From contig JBIJBE010000012.1 in the NCBI GenBank assembly GCA_044345405.1, positions 20,918-84,917 of the forward strand: a DNA stretch of 64,000 nt, in the 5' to 3' direction. Below, piece by piece: positions 49,824 through 59,313 of this stretch; positions within the stretch are counted from its first letter, which is position 1; each line of letters starts with the position of its first letter. The DNA is from Bdellovibrionota bacterium (GTDB lineage: Bacteria; Bdellovibrionota_C; UBA2361; OMII01). A program made the translations under genes and the position numbers. The notes beneath the pieces are model-generated. The model did not search any database and had not been told where the DNA came from. It saw only the letters and a program-made list of their open reading frames with translations.

Positions 49824-51040
49824 TATACCCCGTGCTTCGCCCCTACCGCGGTCGCTCGCTCCACACCCGTGGGCTGGGTGGTCTTCCGCAATCCGACCTC
49901 TTCTAAAAATGAGGCCCACGCCGCAAAAAAGTGGTCATAACTGAACCGACAAGCTCGATTCTTGAGCGTGCCAGCAGAAAAACTTCCCTCAACCTTGCAA
50001 AACGTTCGCACCGTTTCAACAAGCGCGGAGACATCGCCACACCTCTCCTTAGGTACAAATACACCGGTGTGCTCGGTAGGGACAAGGTTGGACCCTAACC
50101 AGGGGCGCCATCCAACGACAGACTCCCGCAACCCCCCGGCATCTATACCGATCACAGGACGACCGGCGGAGAGGCATTCAACTGGGACGATTCCGAAATC
50201 CTCGATACCGGGGAAGATAAGCGCTCTACACCTTCGGTAGCACTCCCATAAGAAAGCTTCGCTAACACGACCGAGCACGCGAACAGTTGGTCCCGCGATA
50301 GTTTCAAGGATCGCTTGCTCGGGGCCTCCACCAACGATCCAGAGGGGCTGCCCGAGTTCGTTAAACGCCTTCACCGCGACATCGATCTTTTTGTAGGGAA
50401 CGAGCGCGCCCGCGCACAGAAAGAACGGCTCGGGATGGCGCTCAAAGAAGGCTCGCTCATCTGGCGTGAGCTCAAAAGAGACCTCATCACTCATTCGCAC
50501 CGGAGGCGCGATGACCGTTGAGGAGCGCCCGTAAAATTTTCGAATTCGCGCGCTAATGAAGGTGCTGATAGCGATAAAATGGGAGACACGCCGAGCCCCA
50601 TTGGTGTCCCAGCGACGCAACACCGTGATGAGTGGCAACGCGCAGAGATACTTCACGCCACGCAGGTATGCCGCCGCTTGATCCCAGATGTAGCGCATCG
50701 GCGTAAAGCAGTAACACACGTGTGGGACTCCCTCCGGCACACGCACGTTCTTCGCGGCGGCGTGACTGAGAGAGACCACGAGATCGTATCCGGTAAAATC
50801 GAACGAGCGGGCCGCGAGGGGATAGAGCGGGAGAAACGCTTTGTAGAGCTTCTTAATTCCTGGAATACTCGAGAGAAAGGAGGTGACCTTTACCCGAGCA
50901 TCGATCATCGTCGATGTCGTCCCCGGAACGTGCACGAGGGTAAAGATATCCGCGTCCGGATAGATGCAGAGGAAAGCCTCAAGGCATCGTTCACCTCCTC
51001 GCATCCCCGTCAACCAATCGTGTACTAACGCTACTCTCAC
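49823..51040 (-). CDS. Family 4 glycosyltransferase (WbaZ-like)
   Basis: MRVALVHDWL...GGER, YCFTPMRY.WD and EDFGIVPVE. Confidence 0.92.
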   Translation of the reverse strand: MRVALVHDWLTGMRGGERCLEAFLCIYPDADIFTLVHVPGTTSTMIDARVKVTSFLSSIPGIKKLYKAFLPLYPLAARSFDFTGYDLVVSLSHAAAKNVRVPEGVPHVCYCFTPMRYIWDQAAAYLRGVKYLCALPLITVLRRWDTNGARRVSHFIAISTFISARIRKFYGRSSTVIAPPVRMSDEVSFELTPDERAFFERHPEPFFLCAGALVPYKKIDVAVKAFNELGQPLWIVGGGPEQAILETIAGPTVRVLGRVSEAFLWECYRRCRALIFPGIEDFGIVPVECLSAGRPVIGIDAGGLRESVVGWRPWLGSNLVPTEHTGVFVPKERCGDVSALVETVRTFCKVEGSFSAGTLKNRACRFSYDHFFAAWASFLEEVGLRKTTQPTGVERATAVGAKHGV

Positions 51041-52197
51041 GACGCGCTCCTCGCCGAAAGTATTCGCTCGTACTCCGACTTTACCATCGAGGCTACCTTC
51101 GCGCAGGAGTAAAGTTCGAGATGCGCGTGAGGCACGAGTCGAGCCGAAGAATTAGCTTTACGCAGCCCCTCTCCTATGGCGTTCGACAAACTCCCAACAG
51201 AGAAGCTATCCGCGACGGTGTCTTGTTCACCCACCAACTCAAGCAACGCGGGGACGGGACGACACACGACGGGCGTTCCCACAGCTTGCGCCTCAACAGC
51301 GGGAAGGCAGAACCCCTCGACGAGGGAGGGAACGATTAAAGCGCGAGCGCCACGCAATGAGCGACGAAGCTCGCCGTCAGAGAGCGAGCCGACGACGCGA
51401 ACTCCTTCATTGGCTTTGAGGAGAGCTTCACCCTCTGGGGAATCCACGAGATAGTGAACTCCAAATCCGGCGAGAACAAGTGAAGGGCACTGCGTGGCGA
51501 AATCGGTCCACCTCCGGCCCTCGCGGAACTCCCGGTACGCCGCCAAGAGGTCCGACAATCCTTTGTGCGGCTTGGTGTTCGAGAAGATCGCGAACAGATA
51601 CGGCAACTCGTCGTCATTATGAGCTACGTCTTGAGACCCGGCGAGCACACGTGGAGAGATCGCGTTCGGTATATACTGAATCTTCGTTTCGCTTGCGCCT
51701 GTCAATTCGCGCAGACCCGTGCGCGTATGCCGACTCACGGCTAAGACGGCATCAGCTCTGCGCACAGCGGAACGAATTAAGAACTTGGCAACCGATGGAT
51801 ACCAGAACTTCTCAGGATGTGTGATGTGAATAAGATCGTGGACCGTTACCACCGTTGGAATCGAAACGCGGTACGGAAGCATGTAGTGCGGGGTGTGAAA
51901 GATATCGTAACGCGAGAAATCGATCCTCGACGGCATAGAGAGCATCTCGTCGATGGAATAAGGACTCGCGGGATCCCACAACCACTCGACCTCTCCGGCG
52001 TACTGAACATCGCGACACCGCTCATCACCATAGAGCACGGTGATGGAAACCCCTCCGACCTCAAGAAGGCCGCGGATCAAATTGTCGGTATACACACCGA
52101 TACCGCCGTCCTTTAACTTGCGGCCATCAAGCAGCAAGCGAATAGGACGCGCGGTCGATCTATCAGAGAATATTAGTTCGCGGCTTTTCGCTTCCAC
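51037..52197 (-). CDS. Family 4 glycosyltransferase (mannosyltransferase-like)
   Basis: GGIGVY, VVTVHDL, KPHKG and PSLVEGFCLPAVEA. Confidence 0.92.
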   Translation of the reverse strand: MEAKSRELIFSDRSTARPIRLLLDGRKLKDGGIGVYTDNLIRGLLEVGGVSITVLYGDERCRDVQYAGEVEWLWDPASPYSIDEMLSMPSRIDFSRYDIFHTPHYMLPYRVSIPTVVTVHDLIHITHPEKFWYPSVAKFLIRSAVRRADAVLAVSRHTRTGLRELTGASETKIQYIPNAISPRVLAGSQDVAHNDDELPYLFAIFSNTKPHKGLSDLLAAYREFREGRRWTDFATQCPSLVLAGFGVHYLVDSPEGEALLKANEGVRVVGSLSDGELRRSLRGARALIVPSLVEGFCLPAVEAQAVGTPVVCRPVPALLELVGEQDTVADSFSVGSLSNAIGEGLRKANSSARLVPHAHLELYSCAKVASMVKSEYERILSARSAS

Positions 52198-53162
52198 GGT
52201 GCACTGCCATCTACATCAAGGCCCGTAAACACTCGTCGGACAACGTAGGTCTTCTTGTTCTGCGACTCGTAGTAGGTTCGCGCCAACACCTCGGCGAGGA
52301 GACCGAACACCATGAATTGCATGCCGATGATAATCATCATCACACCAAGGGAGAGCAATGGACGGTTGCCCATCGGAACGCCTTGGAACATCCGTTGGAA
52401 GGTCAGCACGGCGAGAAGCGCTGTGCCGAACAAGCCGGAAAGGGCTCCAACGAGACCGAAGAGGTGAATCGGACGCTTCGAATACCCGAGTAAGAACTTC
52501 ACGGTGATGAGGTCAAGCACCACTCGGATCGTTCGGGAGATTCCGTACTTCGAGGTGCCGAACTTGCGCTCACGGTGATTAACGGGAACCTCAACGATTC
52601 TCGCTCCCATCTCATTCGCGAGCGCTGGGATAAATCGGTGCATCTCACCGTAGAGGCGAAGACCACGCGCGATATCACCAGTCATCGCTTTGAGGGTGCA
52701 ACCGTAATCGTGAAGACGAACGTCCGTGCAGTACGAGATGATGCGATTCGCGATCATGCTTGGGAGACGCCGACTGATAAACTTGTCGCGTCGAGCTTTA
52801 CGCCATCCACACACGAGGTCGTATCCCTCATCGAGCTTAGCGACCATCTGTGGAATCTCTTTCGGATCGTTTTGAAGATCGCCATCGAGCGCGATAACGA
52901 TATCGTACTTGGTGTGATCAAATCCTGCGGACATCGCGGCTGTCTGGCCGAAGTTGCGCCGGAGTTGAATAAGTCGAAGGTGCGGATCGTTGCCTGCCGC
53001 CTCAAGGAGGGTCGCTACCGTGGTATCGCGAGAGCCGTCATCAACGTAGATGATCTCGTAGGCCATGCCGGTTGTCTCAAGTACACCAGCAACCTCTCGG
53101 AATCCCTCAGCTACGTTCTCTTCCTCGTTATAAACTGGAATTACGACCGATATGCCTCGCAT
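52173..53162 (-). CDS. Family 2 glycosyltransferase, polyprenol-phosphate type (ArnC/GtrB/DPM1-like)
   Basis: SVVIPVYNE, VDDGSRD, RNFGQTAA, DGDLQNDP, GEMHRFIP and two C-terminal TMs; AGGAGG RBS. Confidence 0.93.
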   Translation of the reverse strand: MRGISVVIPVYNEEENVAEGFREVAGVLETTGMAYEIIYVDDGSRDTTVATLLEAAGNDPHLRLIQLRRNFGQTAAMSAGFDHTKYDIVIALDGDLQNDPKEIPQMVAKLDEGYDLVCGWRKARRDKFISRRLPSMIANRIISYCTDVRLHDYGCTLKAMTGDIARGLRLYGEMHRFIPALANEMGARIVEVPVNHRERKFGTSKYGISRTIRVVLDLITVKFLLGYSKRPIHLFGLVGALSGLFGTALLAVLTFQRMFQGVPMGNRPLLSLGVMMIIIGMQFMVFGLLAEVLARTYYESQNKKTYVVRRVFTGLDVDGSAPWKRKAAN

Positions 53163-53364
53163 ATCCCTCCTTGGAAAAAATACCGCGCCAAATAGTACCA
53201 CACCGGAAATTCTAAACACAGCGCCCGGGATTTTTTCCGGGGGGCGGAATGGGGCGGCTAACGTACCAATATAACTAGCAAAAGGATTGAGCGATCAAAC
53301 GGCGGGTTAAAGTGAGGGGTGGGACGAAGGGGTCATCTTGGCGACGGGGTTAGCCCCGTGACGA

Positions 53365-53458
53365 GGGAGGGCGGTCATTCCTGACCGCCGTGTTGGATTC
53401 GGCGGCGAAGGTTACTGCGGCTCCACACCTTCCGGCGACCAGGAATGCTCGCCCTCCC
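53365..53458. repeat. GGAG-type REP doublet (REPIN-like), copy B
   Basis: GGGAG-GGCGGTCA-TTCC-TGACCGCC and inverted GGCGACCAGGAATGCTCGCCCTCCC. Confidence 0.82.
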
Positions 53459-53549
53459 CCGTCCCGTCCCCTCTTCCCCCATGACACCCCGCCCCTCCTC
53501 TTGATAACTTCCCGAGAGGAAACGATACCGTCCCAGGATTCAAAAACCC

Positions 53550-54413
53550 ATGACCACCGAAACGGCGCCCCACCCAACCCACGAACACCAAACCTTCCTT
53601 CGCTCCATCCCCCTCTTCTCCCTCCTTGACGAAAGCGAGATCGCGGCACTTCACGGGGTACTGCGGGAGCGAACAATCCCGTCGGGGGCGGCGCTCTTTC
53701 ACGAAGGCGAGCAGGGAGACTCTCTCTTCATCGTTCAGTCAGGAAGCGTTGAGATCTACGTCAACGATTACGAGGGGAAAAAGCTGATTCTGACCACCTT
53801 GTCGAGCGGCGATATCTTCGGCGAAACCGCCGTGTTTGACCCGGGCCCCCGTTCGGCCAGCGCCACCACGACTGAGGAGAGCTCAGTGTGGGAGTTCCCC
53901 CGCGCCGCGTTGCTGGACTTTCTACGAGCCAAACCTGAAGCGAGCATCAACCTCCTCGCTATGGTTTCACGACGTCTTCGCGAGGCAGATCATCTCTTGA
54001 TGGGTCGCGCAACCGACAACGCCAACACCGCCTTTGAGAGCACTCTTGCCCTGCCACAACGGATCGCTAACTGGATCGCTGACTTCAGCGGCAGCATGCC
54101 GTTCCTAGCTATTAACGCGCTTATCTTCCTCGCATGGATCGTGATCAACGTTGAACTTATTCCAGGAATCGCGGCCTTCGATCCGTATCCGTTCGGATTC
54201 CTCACGATGTCGGTATCCCTTGAGGCGATATTCTTGAGCATCGTGGTTCTCCTCGCGCAAAATCTGAACTCGGCGAAGGAGCGCGTCAGAAATGATATTG
54301 AGTATGAGGTGAACCTGAAGGCGGAGCGAAAAGTAACCGAGCTACATCGGCGCATCACGCAGCTCCATAACGATCTGGGTCGGCGACTGACGAGGCTTGA
54401 GGAGCGGCACTAG
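53550..54413 (+). CDS. Cyclic-nucleotide-binding domain plus DUF1003 membrane protein
   Basis: LFHEGEQGDSLFIV.SG, GDIFGE and PRSASA; FDPYPFGFLT..VSLEAIF. Confidence 0.92.
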   Translation: MTTETAPHPTHEHQTFLRSIPLFSLLDESEIAALHGVLRERTIPSGAALFHEGEQGDSLFIVQSGSVEIYVNDYEGKKLILTTLSSGDIFGETAVFDPGPRSASATTTEESSVWEFPRAALLDFLRAKPEASINLLAMVSRRLREADHLLMGRATDNANTAFESTLALPQRIANWIADFSGSMPFLAINALIFLAWIVINVELIPGIAAFDPYPFGFLTMSVSLEAIFLSIVVLLAQNLNSAKERVRNDIEYEVNLKAERKVTELHRRITQLHNDLGRRLTRLEERH

Positions 54414-54440
54414 CCTCTCAGGAACGGACGGCGCCATTCC

Positions 54441-55442
54441 CTAGTCAAATGACCGGCCCTTCACACACGTTCTTGGCTCCTCCAAGTCTATGATGGGAAC
54501 ACGCTGAGGATGCTCACGACGAATCGCGTCACAGTACTGATTTACAAGTGGATTCGAATCGATATCGTTAACCCATCCAGATTGATACGCCTTGAGCATC
54601 TGAATGTATCCTTCGACGGGCAGGGAATCGGGCACACTGGGGTCGAGGCGTCGAATGGCGATGCGGAGGTGGTAGACAGCCGCTTTCCCCTCCTCAAGAG
54701 GTGGTTGCACATACGGCGCGTCAATTCCCTCATATCCTCGCTTCTTCCAAAAGCTCAACCTCTGCCGGGAAGAAACACCGGACTCAGCGTCAAAGGCTAA
54801 AAGCTCGGGTGACATCGCGTGAGGATCGTTCTGTTCGGCGATAGCTACCTTAACGCCCCACGCTCGCATCAGCTCCTCGGTGTGGGCGAGCAGGGTCCGT
54901 CCGAGGCCTTGCTGCCGCTCGCTTTGATCCACGTAAATATGCTCAACAGCGACAAACAGACCTATCTCAGGGTGATTCGATTGCAGGAGAGTAAAATGAC
55001 AGGCACCAAGAACCCGCTTGCCTTCTAAAACCGCCACCATATCCCATAGTGGAGCCTCCTTCTTTAGATCGCGCAAAAGGCCCTCGGGAGATTGAATCTC
55101 ATCAGGATCAGGAAACGCCTTCACGTACACATCGTAACAATCGTTGAAAAGCTTCATGGCCCTTTCAGGATCGCTCTGGAGGACGTGTCGAATGCTAACA
55201 GCCTCAAACTCGCGCTGAGGTTCAACCGAGATTGTCCGCGGAAGCACCAAGGATACGTCACCGAGCGAAAACGTAGCGGCGAAAGCTTCCTCCCCGAGGA
55301 TCGCCGGAAGCCCGTTCACGGTAGTTCCAGAAGTAAAAGAAATTCTCTCGAAACCGGCACTTGTGTTTTCCGTTAGAGAACATCGAAGTCCATTATCTCC
55401 GCCATGGAAGTTAGAAGATGGATCAGGAGAAACAAAGGTCAT
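54441..55442 (-). CDS. GNAT-family N-acetyltransferase
   Basis: HIYVDQSERQQGLGRTLL acetyl-CoA motif; R..FW...GY and PYVQPPL. Confidence 0.8.
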   Translation of the reverse strand: MTFVSPDPSSNFHGGDNGLRCSLTENTSAGFERISFTSGTTVNGLPAILGEEAFAATFSLGDVSLVLPRTISVEPQREFEAVSIRHVLQSDPERAMKLFNDCYDVYVKAFPDPDEIQSPEGLLRDLKKEAPLWDMVAVLEGKRVLGACHFTLLQSNHPEIGLFVAVEHIYVDQSERQQGLGRTLLAHTEELMRAWGVKVAIAEQNDPHAMSPELLAFDAESGVSSRQRLSFWKKRGYEGIDAPYVQPPLEEGKAAVYHLRIAIRRLDPSVPDSLPVEGYIQMLKAYQSGWVNDIDSNPLVNQYCDAIRREHPQRVPIIDLEEPRTCVKGRSFD

Positions 55443-55847
55443 GCTGGACTTTCCCTCGGGGATAGAAAGGAACTCACAAAAGACGACAAACGTTAGCACA
55501 GGTCAAAAACCTTAATCTAATTCGATTCGCTCGTTTGAGAAATCGTACGTTGGGCATCGTTTCACGATGTCAGGTCGTCACGCATCAGATCTCGCGGTAG
55601 TCAGAAAATGCCGATTTTTCGCGGCGCGTTGGGGAGGTCAGATTCGGCGCCTCACCTCCACGACAAATCCCGAGCGATCGTAAGGATGGCAATTAGGTTG
55701 TTTCTGTCGGGAATGGTCTCCAAGTGGGGCAAGATAGCTGCCGTAAGGAGACACCCCACACCTTGAACGGAATAACCATCTGATAGATCGTATCCCCTCC
55801 ACGACCTAGGTTTTCTAACGGACTAGTAGGTATAGAGAAGCCAAGCC

Positions 55848-56444
55848 ATGAATCCTGGAGTAGATACAAAGTTTGTTGACCTCACCACATCCTCGGTGCG
55901 TAGGGCTGGCGTATTCGCCACTCTCGTCGCGGCCGCGCTCGGCAGTGAGGGATGCGCGTTAGCGCCCAAACATCCAACGTTAGTTCCCTCGAGTCCTCCA
56001 GCCACAGCTCCGGTCGCGCCCATCTCGGCAACGTTCCGAGAGGCTCAAAAGGCATTCGATCTCGCTGAGAAGATGGGCTTTCAACACTCCGCCTACATCG
56101 ATTCGACGGGTCACCACCACTCAAGCCTTAAGGGTATGCGCGAGATGTCCCTGGGCGATGGGCCACAAACGAGACGCTCATTCTTTGATAATTTCGACGC
56201 GACCTTAAAGCACAACGGCACGGAGACGACCTTCAAGATGGGCGCGTTCACCGACTGGCAGGAGGCACAGGCGCGCGAGTTAAAGAACCGCCCGGACGTT
56301 CAAGGGAGGCTCAAGATTCCAGGAAGTGGACTGCTCTACTCCGTAGAAGGGAACGCGTTCTTCATTTCACCGGTCGGCGGACAGGTACAGGTTACGAGAC
56401 TTAATCCAGTTCAGCCATTCTTCCCGGGGGAAACTGCTCGCTAG
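55848..56444 (+). CDS. Hypothetical, possibly exported protein
   Basis: ATG ORF with a hydrophobic segment then SEGC; convergent 4-bp overlap with the next gene. Confidence 0.55.
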   Translation: MNPGVDTKFVDLTTSSVRRAGVFATLVAAALGSEGCALAPKHPTLVPSSPPATAPVAPISATFREAQKAFDLAEKMGFQHSAYIDSTGHHHSSLKGMREMSLGDGPQTRRSFFDNFDATLKHNGTETTFKMGAFTDWQEAQARELKNRPDVQGRLKIPGSGLLYSVEGNAFFISPVGGQVQVTRLNPVQPFFPGETAR

Positions 56445-57586
56445 CGAAGTGACGCGAGAAGGGTCTCGTACCGAGACACGACAGCGTCCCACGAATACTG
56501 TGAGAGCGCGCGAGCGCGTGCCTTTTCTCCGTATTGAGCGACGAGATCCGCGTTCGCGATAACCTCACCCATAATCTGAGCGAGCTTTGAGAAATCGTTC
56601 TTAGGGTACGAAAGCGCGGCGTCGCCGATCACCTCAAGGTTCTCCGGCGTTCCGTTCGCAATCACACAATTTCCGTAGGACATCGATTCAACGAGCGCCG
56701 GATGGGTACCACCGACCTCGGTCGCCTGCACGTAGCAGTAGCAGTTGCTTTGGAACTCCTCGTACGCCTCTCCGAATTGGAATCCGGTGAATATGACGTT
56801 CTGCGAGGCGGTCGCGCGCAGCTTCGCCTTGTACTCCTGCGCGTACGGCGCGTCACCAACGATAACGAGGGGCATATCGGTGTTGAGTTGGTTGTATGCC
56901 TGAATAACTCCGAGCGCGTTATTCTCCGGCTCGAGTCGACTGACGTAGAGGATGTACCCTCTGCGCTTGAGTCCGAACTTCGCGAGCGCTTCCCCTGGTT
57001 GCCGGACAACTGGATGAACGCCGTAGGGGATAACCTCCGACTCACATCCATACGTGTCGCGGTAGTAATCCGCGATCACATCAGCGTCTGACACGAGACG
57101 TGTCGCGAGCGCCACCGAGGCGCGTTCCCCAAGGAGGTACCACGCCTTGCCGAGCTTGTTCCACTTTCCGCGATCTCGCTCAATCCCATCAACGTTAATG
57201 AGCAACGGAGTTCGTTTAACTTTTAAGATCGGCGCGAAGGGGCTGTTCGCGGCGTTACACAACAGGATTCCGTCATAGCTCTGAAACAGCGAGTCGATAA
57301 ATGTCGTAAGTCCACTGAGCGGCGTCTCAAGATACTTATGAAAGATGGTGGGGACCTGTCTCCGATGAACGCCGCGATAGTCCTCGAGCGCACCCCACCG
57401 GTCGAGTAAGCCGCATCTGCTATAGACCGTTACCGAGTGTCCGCGCTCAACAAGCCGAGTAGAGAGCTGCTCCGCGAAGGTCTCAAACCCCCCGTACCGC
57501 GCGGGGATACCACGTGTCCCCATCAGGGCGATGCGCATGGACGGAATGGTGGAGATCGATTCGCTCATTGGGTCGGTTTCTACCAC
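56441..57586 (-). CDS. Family 4 glycosyltransferase with a DUF1972-like N-terminus
   Basis: MRIALMGTRGIPARYGGFETF, INVDG, RLEPENN and EVGGTHPALVESM; true start may be a downstream ATG. Confidence 0.92.
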   Translation of the reverse strand: MVETDPMSESISTIPSMRIALMGTRGIPARYGGFETFAEQLSTRLVERGHSVTVYSRCGLLDRWGALEDYRGVHRRQVPTIFHKYLETPLSGLTTFIDSLFQSYDGILLCNAANSPFAPILKVKRTPLLINVDGIERDRGKWNKLGKAWYLLGERASVALATRLVSDADVIADYYRDTYGCESEVIPYGVHPVVRQPGEALAKFGLKRRGYILYVSRLEPENNALGVIQAYNQLNTDMPLVIVGDAPYAQEYKAKLRATASQNVIFTGFQFGEAYEEFQSNCYCYVQATEVGGTHPALVESMSYGNCVIANGTPENLEVIGDAALSYPKNDFSKLAQIMGEVIANADLVAQYGEKARARALSQYSWDAVVSRYETLLASLR

Positions 57587-57733
57587 TGAATCGGACCGGG
57601 TGCGAGAGGCGCCGCCCCTTGAAATTGCCCCCTTCCGCCCTGGGGCACCGATGTGTAGACTCTCGACAGCGGTCGATTAGGAGACTCCAGCGTAGACGCC
57701 GGATCCTCCCAATCGTCTGAGCGGTACTGAGGA

Positions 57734-59227
57734 ATGAGAGGGAAACCATCTCGGAAGCCATCTCGCAGTACAGTACGCACCGGCCCATGGGGAGCCGCAT
57801 CGGCTAGCTCATCTCTTCACTCTGATGGAGGCGATTCACCGGGAGTCCTCTCATTCACCTACGACCCCGAAACAAGCTCCGTGACCCGAAGCACCCCGAA
57901 TGCTCACGAGGTACTTGGGGTTCCTCAGCAACACCTCTCCATTCACGGAGCGCTCTTCCTCGCATACGTTCATCCTGCCGATCGATTTAGCACTGAAGTG
58001 CTTCTCGATGCGGCTCTGCGAAACGGCACCCCGTATGTAGCTACCTATCGGTGGATCCGCCCTGATTCAAATGAAGTGCGCTTCATTCATTGTCGCGCGT
58101 CAAAGGAGGCGGGGACGGGCCTGTTTAAAGGCATCCTTCTCGACATCACCGCCGAGACCCCTACGTTACGAGCTGGGGGGGAACTTGCCCTCGGAATAGG
58201 CGACCTCCTGAAACACCTCTCCCTTCCCGGATTAACGCTCGACCAGGAGCTAACAATTCGCGCGGTAAACCTTGAGGCCCACCACCCGTCGCTCTATCTG
58301 GGGGTTTCGGACCTGGACTATGACAAGCTGAGGCCTGGCGCCCCTCTCTTGGATTGCGTTCGAAACACCGAGTCTCAAAGTCAGCTTCGAACGACCCTCG
58401 AAAAGCTCCTCTCCCCTGACGCGCAGAACCTCTCCTTTAAAGCAGATGGATTCGAGACTATGGCGCTCCCTCTTCGAGGGGAGGGTATCTCGCACGGTAT
58501 CGCGATCTACATCCTCGACAAACGAACTGAACAAAAGGCTCTTGAACACATCAGCACCCTCGAACACGAACTACGCCACATTCAAGGGATGAGACAGTTC
58601 CGCGCTCGTATCGCGGCGGCGACACAAGAGATCGCTGGCTACGGCGCGCTTATCACTAGACACTCGCGAAACAATCCACTGTTAGCCGCCATCAGCGACT
58701 CCCTCCATCAATCGATCCGAGAGCTAGCCGCCACAACCGACCAACTTCATCCACGCGAATCCTCAGCCTCCTCACCTCTTCAACGCGCGTCACGACGACG
58801 AAAGGGCACATCTCCCCTTACCTTGGCTCGAAATCCCTCCGCTCAGGTACTCTTCGCATCAGAGTCTCCTCGATGCTCCACATCTCACGCACTTGCTCTC
58901 CGAGAAGCGGGAGTACCCTGCGCGACCGCTCCCCTAGAGGAACACGAGATCACAGCCCTCGTGAGAACAGCGCTGCGAGTCGATGTCATTATCATCGATA
59001 CACCGACTAACGAGCGGGGATGCACACCTTTGATCCGGCGCCTAAAACGAGCGGCGCCTCACATCCTTATCATCTGCCTCGCCTCCAATGACATGGCAAC
59101 GCAGACCGCCCTTCTCCGCGCGGGGGCGGTGACGGTTCTTCCTAAGCCCGCGACGATCCGAGAGCTTGAAAGGGCTGTGCGCAAGCTCTTGACGCTCCGA
59201 GAATCACCAACCGCTCTGAACCTTTAG
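57734..59227 (+). CDS. PAS-domain protein with a C-terminal receiver-like domain (degenerate hybrid sensor)
   Basis: FLAYVHPADR...YRWIRPD (PAS_3-like), coiled coil, VDVIIID...AGA...LPKP. Confidence 0.7.
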   Translation: MRGKPSRKPSRSTVRTGPWGAASASSSLHSDGGDSPGVLSFTYDPETSSVTRSTPNAHEVLGVPQQHLSIHGALFLAYVHPADRFSTEVLLDAALRNGTPYVATYRWIRPDSNEVRFIHCRASKEAGTGLFKGILLDITAETPTLRAGGELALGIGDLLKHLSLPGLTLDQELTIRAVNLEAHHPSLYLGVSDLDYDKLRPGAPLLDCVRNTESQSQLRTTLEKLLSPDAQNLSFKADGFETMALPLRGEGISHGIAIYILDKRTEQKALEHISTLEHELRHIQGMRQFRARIAAATQEIAGYGALITRHSRNNPLLAAISDSLHQSIRELAATTDQLHPRESSASSPLQRASRRRKGTSPLTLARNPSAQVLFASESPRCSTSHALALREAGVPCATAPLEEHEITALVRTALRVDVIIIDTPTNERGCTPLIRRLKRAAPHILIICLASNDMATQTALLRAGAVTVLPKPATIRELERAVRKLLTLRESPTALNL

Positions 59228-59272
59228 CCACGTCTCTCACCTGTAGCATCGGATAACCCCCGTTTTTAGTGA

Positions 59273-59301
59273 GTGCGTGCGGGTTTCTCTCAGGCTATAA
59301 T
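59273..59301 (+). promoter_or_regulatory. Putative sigma70 promoter for the RNB-domain gene
   Basis: GTGCGT-N17-TATAAT ending 12 bp before ATG 59314. Confidence 0.45.
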
Positions 59302-59313
59302 GAAAGTATCGAT

